Of a DNA stretch of 64,000 nt, positions 20,154 through 30,775 are shown piece by piece (the first letter of the stretch is position 1; every line of letters starts with the position of its first letter). The position numbers and the translations under genes were made by a program. Below the pieces are notes generated by a model. That model was given only the letters and a program-made list of their open reading frames with translations. It was not told the origin of the DNA and did not search any database. Origin of the DNA: an uncultured Thiothrix sp. (GTDB lineage Bacteria; Pseudomonadota; Gammaproteobacteria; Poriferisulfidales; GCA-002705445); NCBI GenBank assembly GCA_902595225.1, contig CACJPG010000002.1, positions 137,675 through 201,674 on the forward strand, in the 5' to 3' direction.

Positions 20154-22334
20154 ATGGCTGAATCTTCAAATTTAAAAAAAACTAATTTGAGTCAGCAAGA
20201 TTCATCAAATCCTGCTTTTGACAGCCTATTAAAAAAAGCGAAAAAATATTTAGATAAAGATCAAATTAGTATGCTTAAGAAAGCATATGAATTCAGTTTT
20301 TTGAATCATAAAGGCCAACTTCGTGAAAGCGGTGAACCATATATTAATCACCCACTCTCGGTCGCCTCAATTTTAGTTGAAATGAAGATGGATGCAGTGA
20401 GTATAGCTGCTGCGATTCTTCATGATGTTGTGGAAGATACACCTGCAGGCAAGGAAGATATTGAAGAAAAATTTGGATTAGAGATAGCAAAATTAGTAGA
20501 TGGTGTTAGTAAAATTGAAAATATAAAATTTTTATCTAGAGACGAAGTTCAAGCTGAAAATTTTAGTAAAATGATGCTTGCAATGTCAGACGATCTAAGA
20601 GTTATTCTTTTGAAATTGGCAGATAGATTACACAATATGAGGACTTTAGATTGTTTACCAATGGACAAAAAACTTCGTATCGCTTCAGAAACTCTAGAAA
20701 TTTATGTCCCAATAGCTTTAAGACTTGGCATGAATAAACTTCGACTAGAGTTAGAGGAAATATCATTTAGGACTATATACCCACTCAGAAATAAAATTAT
20801 CAATAATGCAGTTGAAAATCATAAAGGCAATAAGTCTAAATTTCTTGACGAGATTAAAAATAAAATAGACGAAAGGTTAAAAGATTTAAATATAAATGCA
20901 GAAATTTATACTAGGCAAAAAAATCCATATAGCATTTATAAAAAAATGAAAAAGAAAAAAATTAGTTTTAATGCTGTATTTGATATTTATGGTTTACGGC
21001 TTGTGACTGAAAAAATTGATGACTGCTATAGAATTTTTGGGGCAACACATAATCTTTTCAAGCCTGTGCCAGGAAAATTTAAGGATTACATTGCAATACC
21101 AAAGTCTAATGGTTATCAGGCTCTTCATACCGTTTTATTTGGGCCAAATGCCATACCCATTGAAGTTCAAATAAGAACAAAAGAAATGGATCAATTCGCT
21201 GAATCAGGCATTGCATCTCACTGGCAGTACAAGACAGGAGGCCATTCATCAGCTCAAGCATATGCGAGAGATTGGTTGCAAAAAATCATTGAAATGAAGC
21301 GAAATTCTCCTAATTCCTTAGATCTCCTTGAAAATATAAAAATCGATCTTTTCCCTGATGAAATATATGTTTTCACTCCAAAAGGTGAAATTAAAGAATT
21401 ACCATATAGAAGCAGCGTTATAGATTTTGCTTATTCTATTCATTCCGCCATTGGTGACAATTGTGTTGCGGCAAAAATTAATGATATTGATGTCCCTCTA
21501 AGCACTACTTTATCATCGGGCCAAACAGTTGAAGTAATTACAAATACTCTCGGAAAGCCTGACCCATCATGGCTCGAATTTGTTGTGACAGTTAAGGCAA
21601 GAACAAATATTAAAAATTACTTGAAGAAGATGCAGTCTGAACAAGCATCAGATCTTGGATTAAAAATTCTTGATAAAGCCCTACATGATTATGGAACCTC
21701 ATATACAGATATTAAATATAATTCAATTAGTAAATTATTAGCTGAGTATAATTTAAAGAATATAAAAGACTTATTTATAGAGATTGGTTTAGGGAATATT
21801 AGTCCGCACTTGGCGGCCCAAAATATATCTATGAAAAAAAGTTTTGTTAAGCAAAAGTATGACAGTTTTGTATCTAAATTGCTTGGTGCAAGAGCAAATG
21901 AATTAATTGCGATAAAAGGTACTGAGGGGCTAGTAATTAAATATGCAAAATGTTGTAGACCAATTCCAGGAGATGATATTGTAGGACTTACTTCTTCAGG
22001 AAATGGATTTGTTGTTCATAGGTCAGTTTGTCATAATATTAAAAAATCTAGGTCAAATAGAATTTTTATAGAATGGTCTGACGAAGTTAGTGGAGACTTT
22101 CAAGCACAAATAAGAGTTTACTCTGAAAAGCAAAGGGGTGTTTTAGCAAACGTTGCGGGAGTAATTTCTAGGCTCTCTTGTAATATTGAAAATGTAAAAT
22201 TTGATGAGGTTCAGAATCCATATGCGTCATTTGTGTTTACAATTGATGTTAAAAATAGAAATCATTTGGCTAATGTTATAAAGGATTTAAAAAAATTAAA
22301 AAATATAAATAAGGTAATGAGGACCGTTGGCTAA
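20154..22334 (+). CDS. spoT: bifunctional (p)ppGpp synthetase/hydrolase
   Basis: 726 aa. HD hydrolase motif (HPLSVASIL...HDVVEDT), RelA/SpoT synthetase core, and TGS and ACT-like C-terminal domains. Position after rpoZ. Confidence 0.92.
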   Translation: MAESSNLKKTNLSQQDSSNPAFDSLLKKAKKYLDKDQISMLKKAYEFSFLNHKGQLRESGEPYINHPLSVASILVEMKMDAVSIAAAILHDVVEDTPAGKEDIEEKFGLEIAKLVDGVSKIENIKFLSRDEVQAENFSKMMLAMSDDLRVILLKLADRLHNMRTLDCLPMDKKLRIASETLEIYVPIALRLGMNKLRLELEEISFRTIYPLRNKIINNAVENHKGNKSKFLDEIKNKIDERLKDLNINAEIYTRQKNPYSIYKKMKKKKISFNAVFDIYGLRLVTEKIDDCYRIFGATHNLFKPVPGKFKDYIAIPKSNGYQALHTVLFGPNAIPIEVQIRTKEMDQFAESGIASHWQYKTGGHSSAQAYARDWLQKIIEMKRNSPNSLDLLENIKIDLFPDEIYVFTPKGEIKELPYRSSVIDFAYSIHSAIGDNCVAAKINDIDVPLSTTLSSGQTVEVITNTLGKPDPSWLEFVVTVKARTNIKNYLKKMQSEQASDLGLKILDKALHDYGTSYTDIKYNSISKLLAEYNLKNIKDLFIEIGLGNISPHLAAQNISMKKSFVKQKYDSFVSKLLGARANELIAIKGTEGLVIKYAKCCRPIPGDDIVGLTSSGNGFVVHRSVCHNIKKSRSNRIFIEWSDEVSGDFQAQIRVYSEKQRGVLANVAGVISRLSCNIENVKFDEVQNPYASFVFTIDVKNRNHLANVIKDLKKLKNINKVMRTVG

Positions 22335-22717
22335 TGACAATAGAATATATACATACTGATAAAGCCCCTGCCGCTATTGGTGCATACTCACAAGCTGTAA
22401 AACTAGACAATATGATTTATTTGTCTGGGCAAATACCTCTTGTGCCTGAAAAAATGGAAATTATTTCTGAGGATATTGAGTCGCAAATTAAGCAGGTCTT
22501 TAAAAATTTAGGTCAAGTGCTTGAAGCATCTGGATCATCTTACCAAAAGATCTTAAAACTAAATGTATACCTAACAGATTTGACCCACTTTGGACTAGTG
22601 AATAAGCATATGGAAGAAATATTTGAAAAACCATACCCTGCTAGAGCAGCAATTGGCATAAATCAGCTCCCCAAAGACGCATTAATAGAGATTGATGCTA
22701 TTGCAACAACCAAGTAA
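22334..22717 (+). CDS. ridA: RidA/YjgF family reactive-intermediate deaminase
   Basis: 127 aa with APAAIGAYSQAV...IYLSGQIP and ARAAIG...LPKDALIEIDAIA motifs. The ATG overlaps the spoT stop by 1 nt. Confidence 0.85.
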   Translation: MTIEYIHTDKAPAAIGAYSQAVKLDNMIYLSGQIPLVPEKMEIISEDIESQIKQVFKNLGQVLEASGSSYQKILKLNVYLTDLTHFGLVNKHMEEIFEKPYPARAAIGINQLPKDALIEIDAIATTK

Positions 22718-22723
22718 ATTTTT

Positions 22724-24787
22724 ATGAGTGATGCAGGTCTCATTGACTTAAAAGGCGTAGGTCAGAAAGGGCTTATAAAATTAAATAAGATTGGTATATA
22801 TTCATTAGAGGATTTACTTTTTCATTTACCCATTCGATATAATGACAAAACAAAGCTTTCAAAAATATCCGACTTAGAGCCTGGAAAAAAATTTCTTTTT
22901 GAAGGTAAAGTCGATAAAGCAAATGTTATTTTTTTTAAAAAGAGGATGTTTGTAGTAAGGATTTCTGACGAAACTGCATCTATCCAATTAAGATTTTTTT
23001 ATTTTAATAAAAGTCAAATTAAAAATTTTACTATTGGAAAAAATGTTAGATGTTTTGGTGAATTGAGATTAGCAAATAATGTGAAGGAGGTTGTACATCC
23101 CGAATGTCAATTCTTTGAAAACGAAAGACCTCCCTTAGATGAATTTTTAACCCCAGTTTATCCTTTAACGGAGGGGCTGCATCAATATAGTTTGAGAAAC
23201 TATATTAAGCAATCAATAGAGCTTCTGAAAATTGGAAAGATACATTTGCCAGAATTACTACCAAAAAAAGTACTCGATAAATATGAATTTGTTGATATAA
23301 AATCAGCTCTTAGTAATATACACAGGCCTGATAAAAGTACATCTCATGAAGATCTTATAAGTTCAAATAATAAAAATAAGCAGAGGCTGGTTTTTGAAGA
23401 ACTTCTAGCACACCAATTAATCTTTAAAAGAATTCGATCTTTTAACAAAACCTTAGAATCTTTTCCATTGGATAACAATATGCAGCCAATAAAGAAATTG
23501 ATTTCTAAATTAGCTTTCAAGCCTACTGATTCTCAAATGCATGTTATGCAAGAAATAATTGATGATATGCAGAGAAAAACACCAATGACAAGATTAGTTC
23601 AAGGAGATGTTGGCTCTGGAAAAACACTCGTGGCTTTGTTTGCAGCACTACATGCCATAAGTAATGGTTTTCAAGTTGCTTTTATGGCTCCTACAGAAAT
23701 TTTGTCGGAGCAACACTATCAAAGTATTAAACTAATGTTAAAAGATTTTAAAATAAATATCTCATTACTATATGGTGGTATGAAAACTAGGGAAAAAAAA
23801 ATAGTAACAGAAGATATCAAACTTGGTAATGTTGACTTAATAATTGGAACTCATGCACTTATCCAAAATCAAATAGAATTTAAGAATCTCGCTCTAATAA
23901 TTATTGATGAGCAGCATAAATTTGGTGTGCATCAAAGAATGACTCTCACATCAAAAGGAAGAAAATCAGAAACTTATCCTCATCAATTAATTTTAACAGC
24001 TACTCCTATACCAAGAACATTAGCTATGACTCTTTATGGAAATCTTGATTATTCAGTCATTGATGAAATGCCAAAGGGTAGAAAGGAAATTGAAACAATA
24101 GCTTTATCGGAAACTAGAAGAGATGAAATTTTTAAAAAGATAAGTAAAAAATGCCATGAAGGGAATCAAGTTTATTGGGTTTGCCCAATTATCGATGAAT
24201 CAGAGGTTCTCGAATGTAAGGCTGCGATAAAAACTCATGAGCAAATTAAAAAAAATTTAAAGAAAATTAATGTTGGTTTAATTCATGGAAGAATGAAAAT
24301 GGCAGAGAAAGAGCAAGTTATGCGTGATTTTAGAAATAAAAAAATAGATTTATTGGTATCTACAACAATTATTGAAGTTGGTTTAGATGTTCCTAATGCA
24401 ACAGTAATAATAATAGAAAATTCAGAAAGAATGGGTCTTTCACAACTTCATCAGTTAAGAGGAAGAGTTGGCAGAGGTGACAAAAAAAGCACATGCATTT
24501 TGATATATAAATCAGGACTTAATGATACCGCTAGGAAAAGAATTGATATTCTTAGGAAAAATAATAATGGCTTTGATATAGCAAAAGAGGATTTAGAAAT
24601 AAGAGGACCTGGAGAAATTTTAGGTAAGAGACAGAAAGGGGACATTAATTTTAAAATTGCAAATGTTACAAGAGACTATAAATATATTAATGACACAAAA
24701 GAGTGTTCAGAAACTATTTCAGATAAATTATCTGAAAAGCTTGTTAAAAGATGGATAAATGAGAATGTTGAGATAGGCAAAATTTAA
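22724..24787 (+). CDS. recG: ATP-dependent DNA helicase RecG
   Basis: 687 aa. Wedge domain, Walker A GDVGSGKT, DEQH box (IIDEQHKFG), and motif VI QLHQLRGRVGRG. Confidence 0.95.
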   Translation: MSDAGLIDLKGVGQKGLIKLNKIGIYSLEDLLFHLPIRYNDKTKLSKISDLEPGKKFLFEGKVDKANVIFFKKRMFVVRISDETASIQLRFFYFNKSQIKNFTIGKNVRCFGELRLANNVKEVVHPECQFFENERPPLDEFLTPVYPLTEGLHQYSLRNYIKQSIELLKIGKIHLPELLPKKVLDKYEFVDIKSALSNIHRPDKSTSHEDLISSNNKNKQRLVFEELLAHQLIFKRIRSFNKTLESFPLDNNMQPIKKLISKLAFKPTDSQMHVMQEIIDDMQRKTPMTRLVQGDVGSGKTLVALFAALHAISNGFQVAFMAPTEILSEQHYQSIKLMLKDFKINISLLYGGMKTREKKIVTEDIKLGNVDLIIGTHALIQNQIEFKNLALIIIDEQHKFGVHQRMTLTSKGRKSETYPHQLILTATPIPRTLAMTLYGNLDYSVIDEMPKGRKEIETIALSETRRDEIFKKISKKCHEGNQVYWVCPIIDESEVLECKAAIKTHEQIKKNLKKINVGLIHGRMKMAEKEQVMRDFRNKKIDLLVSTTIIEVGLDVPNATVIIIENSERMGLSQLHQLRGRVGRGDKKSTCILIYKSGLNDTARKRIDILRKNNNGFDIAKEDLEIRGPGEILGKRQKGDINFKIANVTRDYKYINDTKECSETISDKLSEKLVKRWINENVEIGKI

Positions 24788-24792
24788 TTTGA

Positions 24793-25512
24793 TTAATTTA
24801 AGATCGTGCTTAACATATCCTCGTTTGTTGGATTTTTAGAAATTAGAATTTTGTGATTTGGAAATATCTTTTTAATTTCATTAGCAATCCTTTGATTTCC
24901 TGAAACGAAAATCATATGTTTTGAAATTTGTAGATTTGATAAATCACAAATCTTTATAAGATTTTTTAAGATTTCTACACTAGTGATACAAATGTGGGAA
25001 ATTTTCTCAAAAGTAGGTTTATCTATGTTATGAATTTCGCCTGGAAGCTCTCTTTTATAAATATTTAAATCATCGTAAACCTGAAATTTCTTTGACAACT
25101 CATCTCTCAGAATAGATCTTCCACCTTCTCCTTTGACAATTATAATTTTATTATTTTTATTTGGTAAATTTGAAATCTCTTTACAAAGATTTTCGCTTGA
25201 AAACTCATTTTCTGGAGATATGTCTACCTCAACTCCAAACTCTTTTAATGCTTTAGATGTTGAATCACCAATAGACGCTATTTTTTTCCCAATCAAGTTA
25301 TCCTTTGTAAAAATTTTCATAAAATTTGATACAGAATTTTGACTTGTAAATATGACAAAGTTTGATTCCTTCAAATTATCAATATTTGTTGCTGTCGGAT
25401 TATTTCTTTTTATGATTAAAACTGGAAAACAAAGATTCTTTATTTTATTTTTATTTAATAATGCTGAGAATTCTTCTGATTTTTCTTGCTGTCTTGTGAT
25501 TAATATAAACAT
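24793..25512 (-). CDS. hemD: uroporphyrinogen-III synthase
   Basis: 239 aa. Sequence signal is weak but the size and two-lobe pattern are typical. It directly abuts the hemC stop with 0-nt gap, as in the hemCD operon. Confidence 0.75.
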   Translation of the reverse strand: MFILITRQQEKSEEFSALLNKNKIKNLCFPVLIIKRNNPTATNIDNLKESNFVIFTSQNSVSNFMKIFTKDNLIGKKIASIGDSTSKALKEFGVEVDISPENEFSSENLCKEISNLPNKNNKIIIVKGEGGRSILRDELSKKFQVYDDLNIYKRELPGEIHNIDKPTFEKISHICITSVEILKNLIKICDLSNLQISKHMIFVSGNQRIANEIKKIFPNHKILISKNPTNEDMLSTILN

Positions 25513-26436
25513 TTAAAGTAATTCTTTAGCTCCTTTTGCTTCAAGACCTTTCGCAACTTTTATACCGAGATCTTTATGATTCTCAATCGAACTATCTGCT
25601 TCAAAATAAATTTTTTGCTGGCCATCCAACGAACCAATCATTGCATTCAATTGAATTGTATTGCCTGAAATCTTAGCAAGCGCAGCTAAAGGAGTGTTGC
25701 AGTTTGCTTGAAAGTATCTACTTACTTCTCTCTCAGTATTAACACAAATTGAAGTCTCATTGTCATTAAGTTTTTCTACTAGATTATTGATAACAACATT
25801 ATTTTTTTTTGTTTCGATACCAATTGCTCCTTGCCCTATTGCGGGTAGCCACTCTCTCTCATCCATAAATTCAGCGATATGTTTTTTTAGTCCAAGTCTT
25901 AGAACACCTGCGGCTGCAACAATTATTCCGTCAATTTCATTATTTTTAACTTTATTAATTCTTGAATCAATGTTGCCCCGAACATTTTGAATTTCAATTT
26001 TTTTAAAACTATGTTTTAGATTGCAAATTCTTCTTATGCTTGATGTCCCTATAGAAGAACCTTTTTCAAAATCATTTAAAGATTTGTATTTATTTGAAAT
26101 TAAGACATCTCTAAAATCTTCTCTTTCAAGGATAGCAGATATTTTAAGATCTTGATGAATTGTAGCAGGCATATCCTTCATTGAGTGCACAGCTATGTCA
26201 CAACTTCCTTCTAATAAAGCAATCTCTAATTCTTTTAAAAAAAGTGATTTGCCGCCAATATCATATAAAGGTTTATCTAGGATTTTATCGCCAGAAGTAG
26301 TAATTTTTACAAGTTCTATTTCAATTGTTTCATCGATTTTTTTTATCTGTTGCCCAACCATTTGTGCTTGCCACAATGCCAACGGGCTTTTTCTGGTAGC
26401 GATTCTTATTATTTTCGGTGTTAAACTTTCGTCCAT
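25513..26436 (-). CDS. hemC: hydroxymethylbilane synthase (porphobilinogen deaminase)
   Basis: 307 aa. RIATRKSPLALWQA N-terminus, HSMKDMP, and RGNIDSR. Confidence 0.93.
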   Translation of the reverse strand: MDESLTPKIIRIATRKSPLALWQAQMVGQQIKKIDETIEIELVKITTSGDKILDKPLYDIGGKSLFLKELEIALLEGSCDIAVHSMKDMPATIHQDLKISAILEREDFRDVLISNKYKSLNDFEKGSSIGTSSIRRICNLKHSFKKIEIQNVRGNIDSRINKVKNNEIDGIIVAAAGVLRLGLKKHIAEFMDEREWLPAIGQGAIGIETKKNNVVINNLVEKLNDNETSICVNTEREVSRYFQANCNTPLAALAKISGNTIQLNAMIGSLDGQQKIYFEADSSIENHKDLGIKVAKGLEAKGAKELL

Positions 26437-26489
26437 ATCATCAACTTAATGTTATACTTATATGAGATTATATTAAATAGTATTTCACA

Positions 26490-27884
26490 ATGGCAAAGAA
26501 AACAAAAAAACCTTGGCAGGGGAGATTTTCAAAGAAAACACATCAATTCGTTGAGGGATTTACATCCTCAATTGAGCTTGATAACAGGCTTGCAACATAC
26601 GATATATGGGGCACAGAAGCACATGCCAAGATGTTGGAAAAAGTAGGAATTCTGACGAATTCTGAACTGAGAAAAGTCTTAAGTGCTCTTAAAAAAGTCG
26701 AAAATAAAATTTATAGCGGAAAGATGAAGTGGAACCACTCACTAGAAGATATTCATATGCATATTGAAAATGAGTTAATAGATATGATCGGTGATACTGC
26801 AAAAAAAATACATACAGGCAGATCAAGGAATGATCAAGTTGCTACAGATATGAGGTTATATGTCAGAGATGAAATCATTGATGTCGTTGATAGTATAATT
26901 ATTTTACAAAAGAAAATTATTAAATTAGCTGAAAAATATTCCGATAGTATTATGCCAGGATTTACTCATTTGCAGGTTGCTCAACCAGTAACATTTGGTT
27001 TTATTCTAATGTCTTGGTTTTTTATGTTAGAGAGAGATAAAGAAAGATTCGTCTATAGTTTTGGGAGGGTAAATACGTGCCCGCTTGGCTCTGGGGCCCT
27101 TTCAGGATCTTCTCATAAACTAGATAGAAAATATGTTGCAAAATTATTAGATTTTGAGGGTATTACAGATAATGCATTAGATAGTGTTAGTGATAGAGAT
27201 TTTATTATCGATTTTATTAGCAACTCATCAATACTCATGTCGCATTTATCTAGATTTTCTGAAGAAATCATTATTTGGTGCTCTACGATTTATAATTTTA
27301 TAGAACTTGATGATGAGGTTTGCACCGGTTCGTCAATAATGCCTCAGAAAAAAAATCCTGATGTACTTGAACTTATTAGAGGTAGGACTGGAACAATATA
27401 TGGTCAACTTATTAATATTTTGACTATTGTGAAAGCCCAACCGTTTGCTTATAACAGGGACAATCAAGAAGATAAAAAAGCACTTTTTGATTGTGGCGAT
27501 ACTCTATTGAACTGCTTAAGCGCAATGAGCCTCTCTATTGATAGCATCAAACTCAATAAAGATGTAGCAAAAATGGCTTCAAAAAAAGGATATTCTACCG
27601 CTACAGATTTTGCAGATTATTTGGTTAATAAAAAGGTGCCATTTAGGGATGCTCATGAAATTGTTGGAAAAGCAGTCGCATTTGCGATAAAGAAAAATCT
27701 AGATCTTAACGAAATTACATTAAAAGATTATAAAAATTTTTCAAAGTTAATAGAAGAAGATATATATAAAATTTTAACAGTTGAGGGCTCAGTAAATAGT
27801 AAAAAAACACTTGGTGGTACTTCACATGGTGAGGTTATTAAGCAGATAAAAAAAGCGAAGAAATTGGTAAGCACAAAAAGATGA
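26490..27884 (+). CDS. argH: argininosuccinate lyase
   Basis: 464 aa. TGRSRNDQVATD and GSSIMPQKKNPD fumarate-lyase signatures. Confidence 0.95.
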   Translation: MAKKTKKPWQGRFSKKTHQFVEGFTSSIELDNRLATYDIWGTEAHAKMLEKVGILTNSELRKVLSALKKVENKIYSGKMKWNHSLEDIHMHIENELIDMIGDTAKKIHTGRSRNDQVATDMRLYVRDEIIDVVDSIIILQKKIIKLAEKYSDSIMPGFTHLQVAQPVTFGFILMSWFFMLERDKERFVYSFGRVNTCPLGSGALSGSSHKLDRKYVAKLLDFEGITDNALDSVSDRDFIIDFISNSSILMSHLSRFSEEIIIWCSTIYNFIELDDEVCTGSSIMPQKKNPDVLELIRGRTGTIYGQLINILTIVKAQPFAYNRDNQEDKKALFDCGDTLLNCLSAMSLSIDSIKLNKDVAKMASKKGYSTATDFADYLVNKKVPFRDAHEIVGKAVAFAIKKNLDLNEITLKDYKNFSKLIEEDIYKILTVEGSVNSKKTLGGTSHGEVIKQIKKAKKLVSTKR

Positions 27885-28021
27885 AAAAATTTTATAAAAT
27901 AATATGCTCATGTTTATTATTGATATGTTTTACAATACTTCAGAGCTGTGGGCAAACAGGGGATCTTTACTTACCCGAGGACGAATTTAGAAGTAAATTA
28001 AAAGATGACTATAGAGTATAA
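27881..28021 (+). CDS. lptM: small lipoprotein LptM (YifL/LppL-like)
   Basis: 46 aa, not in the ORF track. MKKFYKIICSCLLLICFTILQS-C lipobox followed by CGQTGDLYLP, which matches the CGQKGPLYLP hallmark of YifL/LptM. ATGA overlap with the argH stop. Conserved position before lysA-dapF. Confidence 0.6.
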   Translation: MKKFYKIICSCLLLICFTILQSCGQTGDLYLPEDEFRSKLKDDYRV

Positions 28022-29255
28022 AAACAATGACAGTTTTATTGATGGAATTTCATTGAAGAAAATTGCTGCTGACTTCGGCACCCCTTGTTTTATCTATTCG
28101 CACAATGATTTAGTAAAAAATTTTAGCGAAATCAAAAACGTTTTTGCTAGTGAAAAAAGAAAAGTTTTTTATTCAGTAAAAGCAAACTCAAATCTATCTA
28201 TTTTAAAAGTTCTATTAGAATTGGGTGCTGGTTTCGATATCGTGTCTTTAGGAGAGCTAGAAAGAGTTATAAAAATTGGGGCACAACCTGAAAAAATTAT
28301 CTATTCAGGGGTTGGAAAATCTGAAGAAGAAATTATTAGATCACTTGAATATGGAATACACTGTTTTAATGTCGAGTCCTTCTCTGAGTTGGAGAGAATA
28401 AATTCAATTGCAACAAAACTTAATAAAGTGGCTCCGGTATCTATTCGGATTAATCCAAATATTGATCCAGGCTCGCACGAATTTATTTCAACCGGAGTTG
28501 AAACAACAAAATTTGGCATCAATTTAAAAAATATGATGGATGCTTTTATTTATGCTAACAATGAAAAATCTATTGAATTGTTAGGCATAGACTATCATAT
28601 CGGATCACAAATTGAGAGTTTAGATCCATTTAAAGAAGCTATAGTATCAGTAAAAAAGATTGTCGATCAGCTGAAAGAAAACAATATTAATATTAAATTA
28701 ATTGATATGGGTGGAGGATTAGGTATAAATTACCAAAATAATGATGCCCCATCTTTAAATGATTTTGGAAAAACAATTAATCAAGTGATAAATGATAATG
28801 AACTATCAGATTATGATTTTATTATTGAGCTGGGTAGAAGCATAGTAGGTAATGTAGGATATATTCTCACCTCTGTTGAATATATTAAAAAAGATAGCGA
28901 AAAGAATTTCGTAATTGTTGATGCTGGCATGGATAATTTGATTCGACCTGCTCTTTATGACGCATGGCATGAAATAAAACCAATTACAGATAATAAAGAA
29001 CAAAACATTTTATGCGATATTGTTGGCCCAGTTTGTGAGTGTACTGACTTTTTAGGTAAGGATAGGCGATTGTCAGTACAGCAAGGTGATCTTTTAATTA
29101 TATCCTCTTGTGGAGCATATGCTTCTTCTATGGCAAGTAATTACAATTCTCGCCCAAAGCCATCTGAAATAATGATAAAAAATGGAGAGATGCATATTAT
29201 TAGTAGGAAAGAAAAAATTAATGACTTGTTTTCAAGAGAAATAATAGTTAGCTAG
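28005..29255 (+). CDS. lysA: diaminopimelate decarboxylase
   Basis: 416 aa. PLP-Lys context YSVKANSN, GGGLGI, and the CESGD-like CECTDFL region. Confidence 0.93.
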   Translation: MTIEYKNNDSFIDGISLKKIAADFGTPCFIYSHNDLVKNFSEIKNVFASEKRKVFYSVKANSNLSILKVLLELGAGFDIVSLGELERVIKIGAQPEKIIYSGVGKSEEEIIRSLEYGIHCFNVESFSELERINSIATKLNKVAPVSIRINPNIDPGSHEFISTGVETTKFGINLKNMMDAFIYANNEKSIELLGIDYHIGSQIESLDPFKEAIVSVKKIVDQLKENNINIKLIDMGGGLGINYQNNDAPSLNDFGKTINQVINDNELSDYDFIIELGRSIVGNVGYILTSVEYIKKDSEKNFVIVDAGMDNLIRPALYDAWHEIKPITDNKEQNILCDIVGPVCECTDFLGKDRRLSVQQGDLLIISSCGAYASSMASNYNSRPKPSEIMIKNGEMHIISRKEKINDLFSREIIVS

Positions 29256-29256
29256 T

Positions 29257-30081
29257 ATGAAAAAAGTAAATTTTACAAAGATGCAAAGTTTAGGTAATGA
29301 TTTCATTATTATAGATAATTTGGTTTCGCCATATAATAATTTTAGTAAAAAAGAGATAAAAAAAATATGCGATAGAAATTATGGAGTAGGGTGCGATCAA
29401 TTACTAATTTTAAAAAAATCAAAAAAAAGACATATATCTTTTACTTATAAAATTTTTAATAAAGACGGAACAGAATCCGGACAATGTGGAAATGGCGCAA
29501 AGTGTGTAGCAAAATATTATTTTGATAAATATGGAAAAAATAAGAAGCAGATAAATATCGAAACAATGACAAAAGAAATTAAGTTGAGTAATCCGTCAAA
29601 AAATAAATATATTATTGATATGGGAATTCCAAATTTTTCTCCTAAAGAATTTTTGTCAAGGAATAAATATTTTAACTATATGAATAAAAAATATTTTTTT
29701 CATGTGGTTGAGATTGGCAATCCGCATGCCATTTTTTTCCTAAAAAATATTGATAAAATCAACATTGAGGATTTCTCAATGAAATTTTCAAAGAAGAAAT
29801 TTTTTAAAAATGGGACGAATTTAAGCATAGTTGAAAAAGTTAGTCAGGGTAACTGGAAAGCAAAAGTATACGAAAGGGGCTCTGGAGAGACTATGTCATG
29901 TGGGTCTGCGGCTTGCGCAATAGCCACTTCTGCAAAATCATATAATAAGTATTTTAAAAAAAGCAATTATGTACATATGCAGGGAGGAAAAGCTCTTGTA
30001 AAATGGAATGGTGAAACAGGCGATTCAGCTTTTTTGATTGGTGGAGCTGAATATGTTTTTAACGGCACTTTTATAGAATAA
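29257..30081 (+). CDS. dapF: diaminopimelate epimerase
   Basis: 274 aa. GNDFIIID and the two catalytic Cys contexts (GQCGNGAKC and ETMSCGSAACA). Confidence 0.92.
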   Translation: MKKVNFTKMQSLGNDFIIIDNLVSPYNNFSKKEIKKICDRNYGVGCDQLLILKKSKKRHISFTYKIFNKDGTESGQCGNGAKCVAKYYFDKYGKNKKQINIETMTKEIKLSNPSKNKYIIDMGIPNFSPKEFLSRNKYFNYMNKKYFFHVVEIGNPHAIFFLKNIDKINIEDFSMKFSKKKFFKNGTNLSIVEKVSQGNWKAKVYERGSGETMSCGSAACAIATSAKSYNKYFKKSNYVHMQGGKALVKWNGETGDSAFLIGGAEYVFNGTFIE

Positions 30082-30085
30082 TAGA

Positions 30086-30775
30086 ATGGGATTAAGAAAG
30101 AAAAATAACGCTGAAATAAAAGATCTTTCAAAAGATGAAGTAATTGACTATCTAATTGAAAATCCAAATTTCATAAATGATAATGTTGACCTACTAAATC
30201 AATTATTTTCTTTAAACAAGAATGAAGGAAACGTTATTTCTTTTGAAGACATTAGAATAAAATCTCTAATCAATGAGAATAATTCGCTAAAAGCAAAAAT
30301 TTCTGAGATTATTAATAATGCTGAAGCAAATGAAATTATCCAAAATAAATTATATAAATTTGCAAATGAGTTAATATCTAAGAAAGATATTAATGAGCTT
30401 CCTAGTTTCATTGTAGAGTTTATAAAAAAAGAATTCCCAACCCTAAATATTGAACTAGGGTTATTGAACATAAAAGGCCTTGATAATCTAGATCAAAAGT
30501 ATTTTAATTATAATATTGATTTAATAAACGAAGTTTTCCTTCAAAAAAATCCTATTTTATTAACAAATAAATATATAAAAACATACGGCCTAGGCAAATT
30601 TAAAGATGAAAAATGTTCTATCGTGATGTGCCCTTTAGGTTTAGATTTTCCAACAGGAATTATGTTTATTAAATATAATAGTATGATGATAGAAAAGAAT
30701 CACCAATTTGATCTTCTTTCCTCATTGGCGCAGACAGTTTCTTTTGCATTTAATCAATTCATTCAAGGGCAATGA
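30086..30775 (+). CDS. yigA: DUF484 (YigA) family protein
   Basis: 229 aa. N-terminal helical/coiled region and GAF-like C-part. Conserved position between dapF and xerC. Confidence 0.65.
   Translation: MGLRKKNNAEIKDLSKDEVIDYLIENPNFINDNVDLLNQLFSLNKNEGNVISFEDIRIKSLINENNSLKAKISEIINNAEANEIIQNKLYKFANELISKKDINELPSFIVEFIKKEFPTLNIELGLLNIKGLDNLDQKYFNYNIDLINEVFLQKNPILLTNKYIKTYGLGKFKDEKCSIVMCPLGLDFPTGIMFIKYNSMMIEKNHQFDLLSSLAQTVSFAFNQFIQGQ

Noticed and set aside
26449-26646. 65-aa ORF overlapping the argH start in another frame
   Set aside because: It is out of frame with a strongly supported argH, and its product is basic low-complexity sequence.
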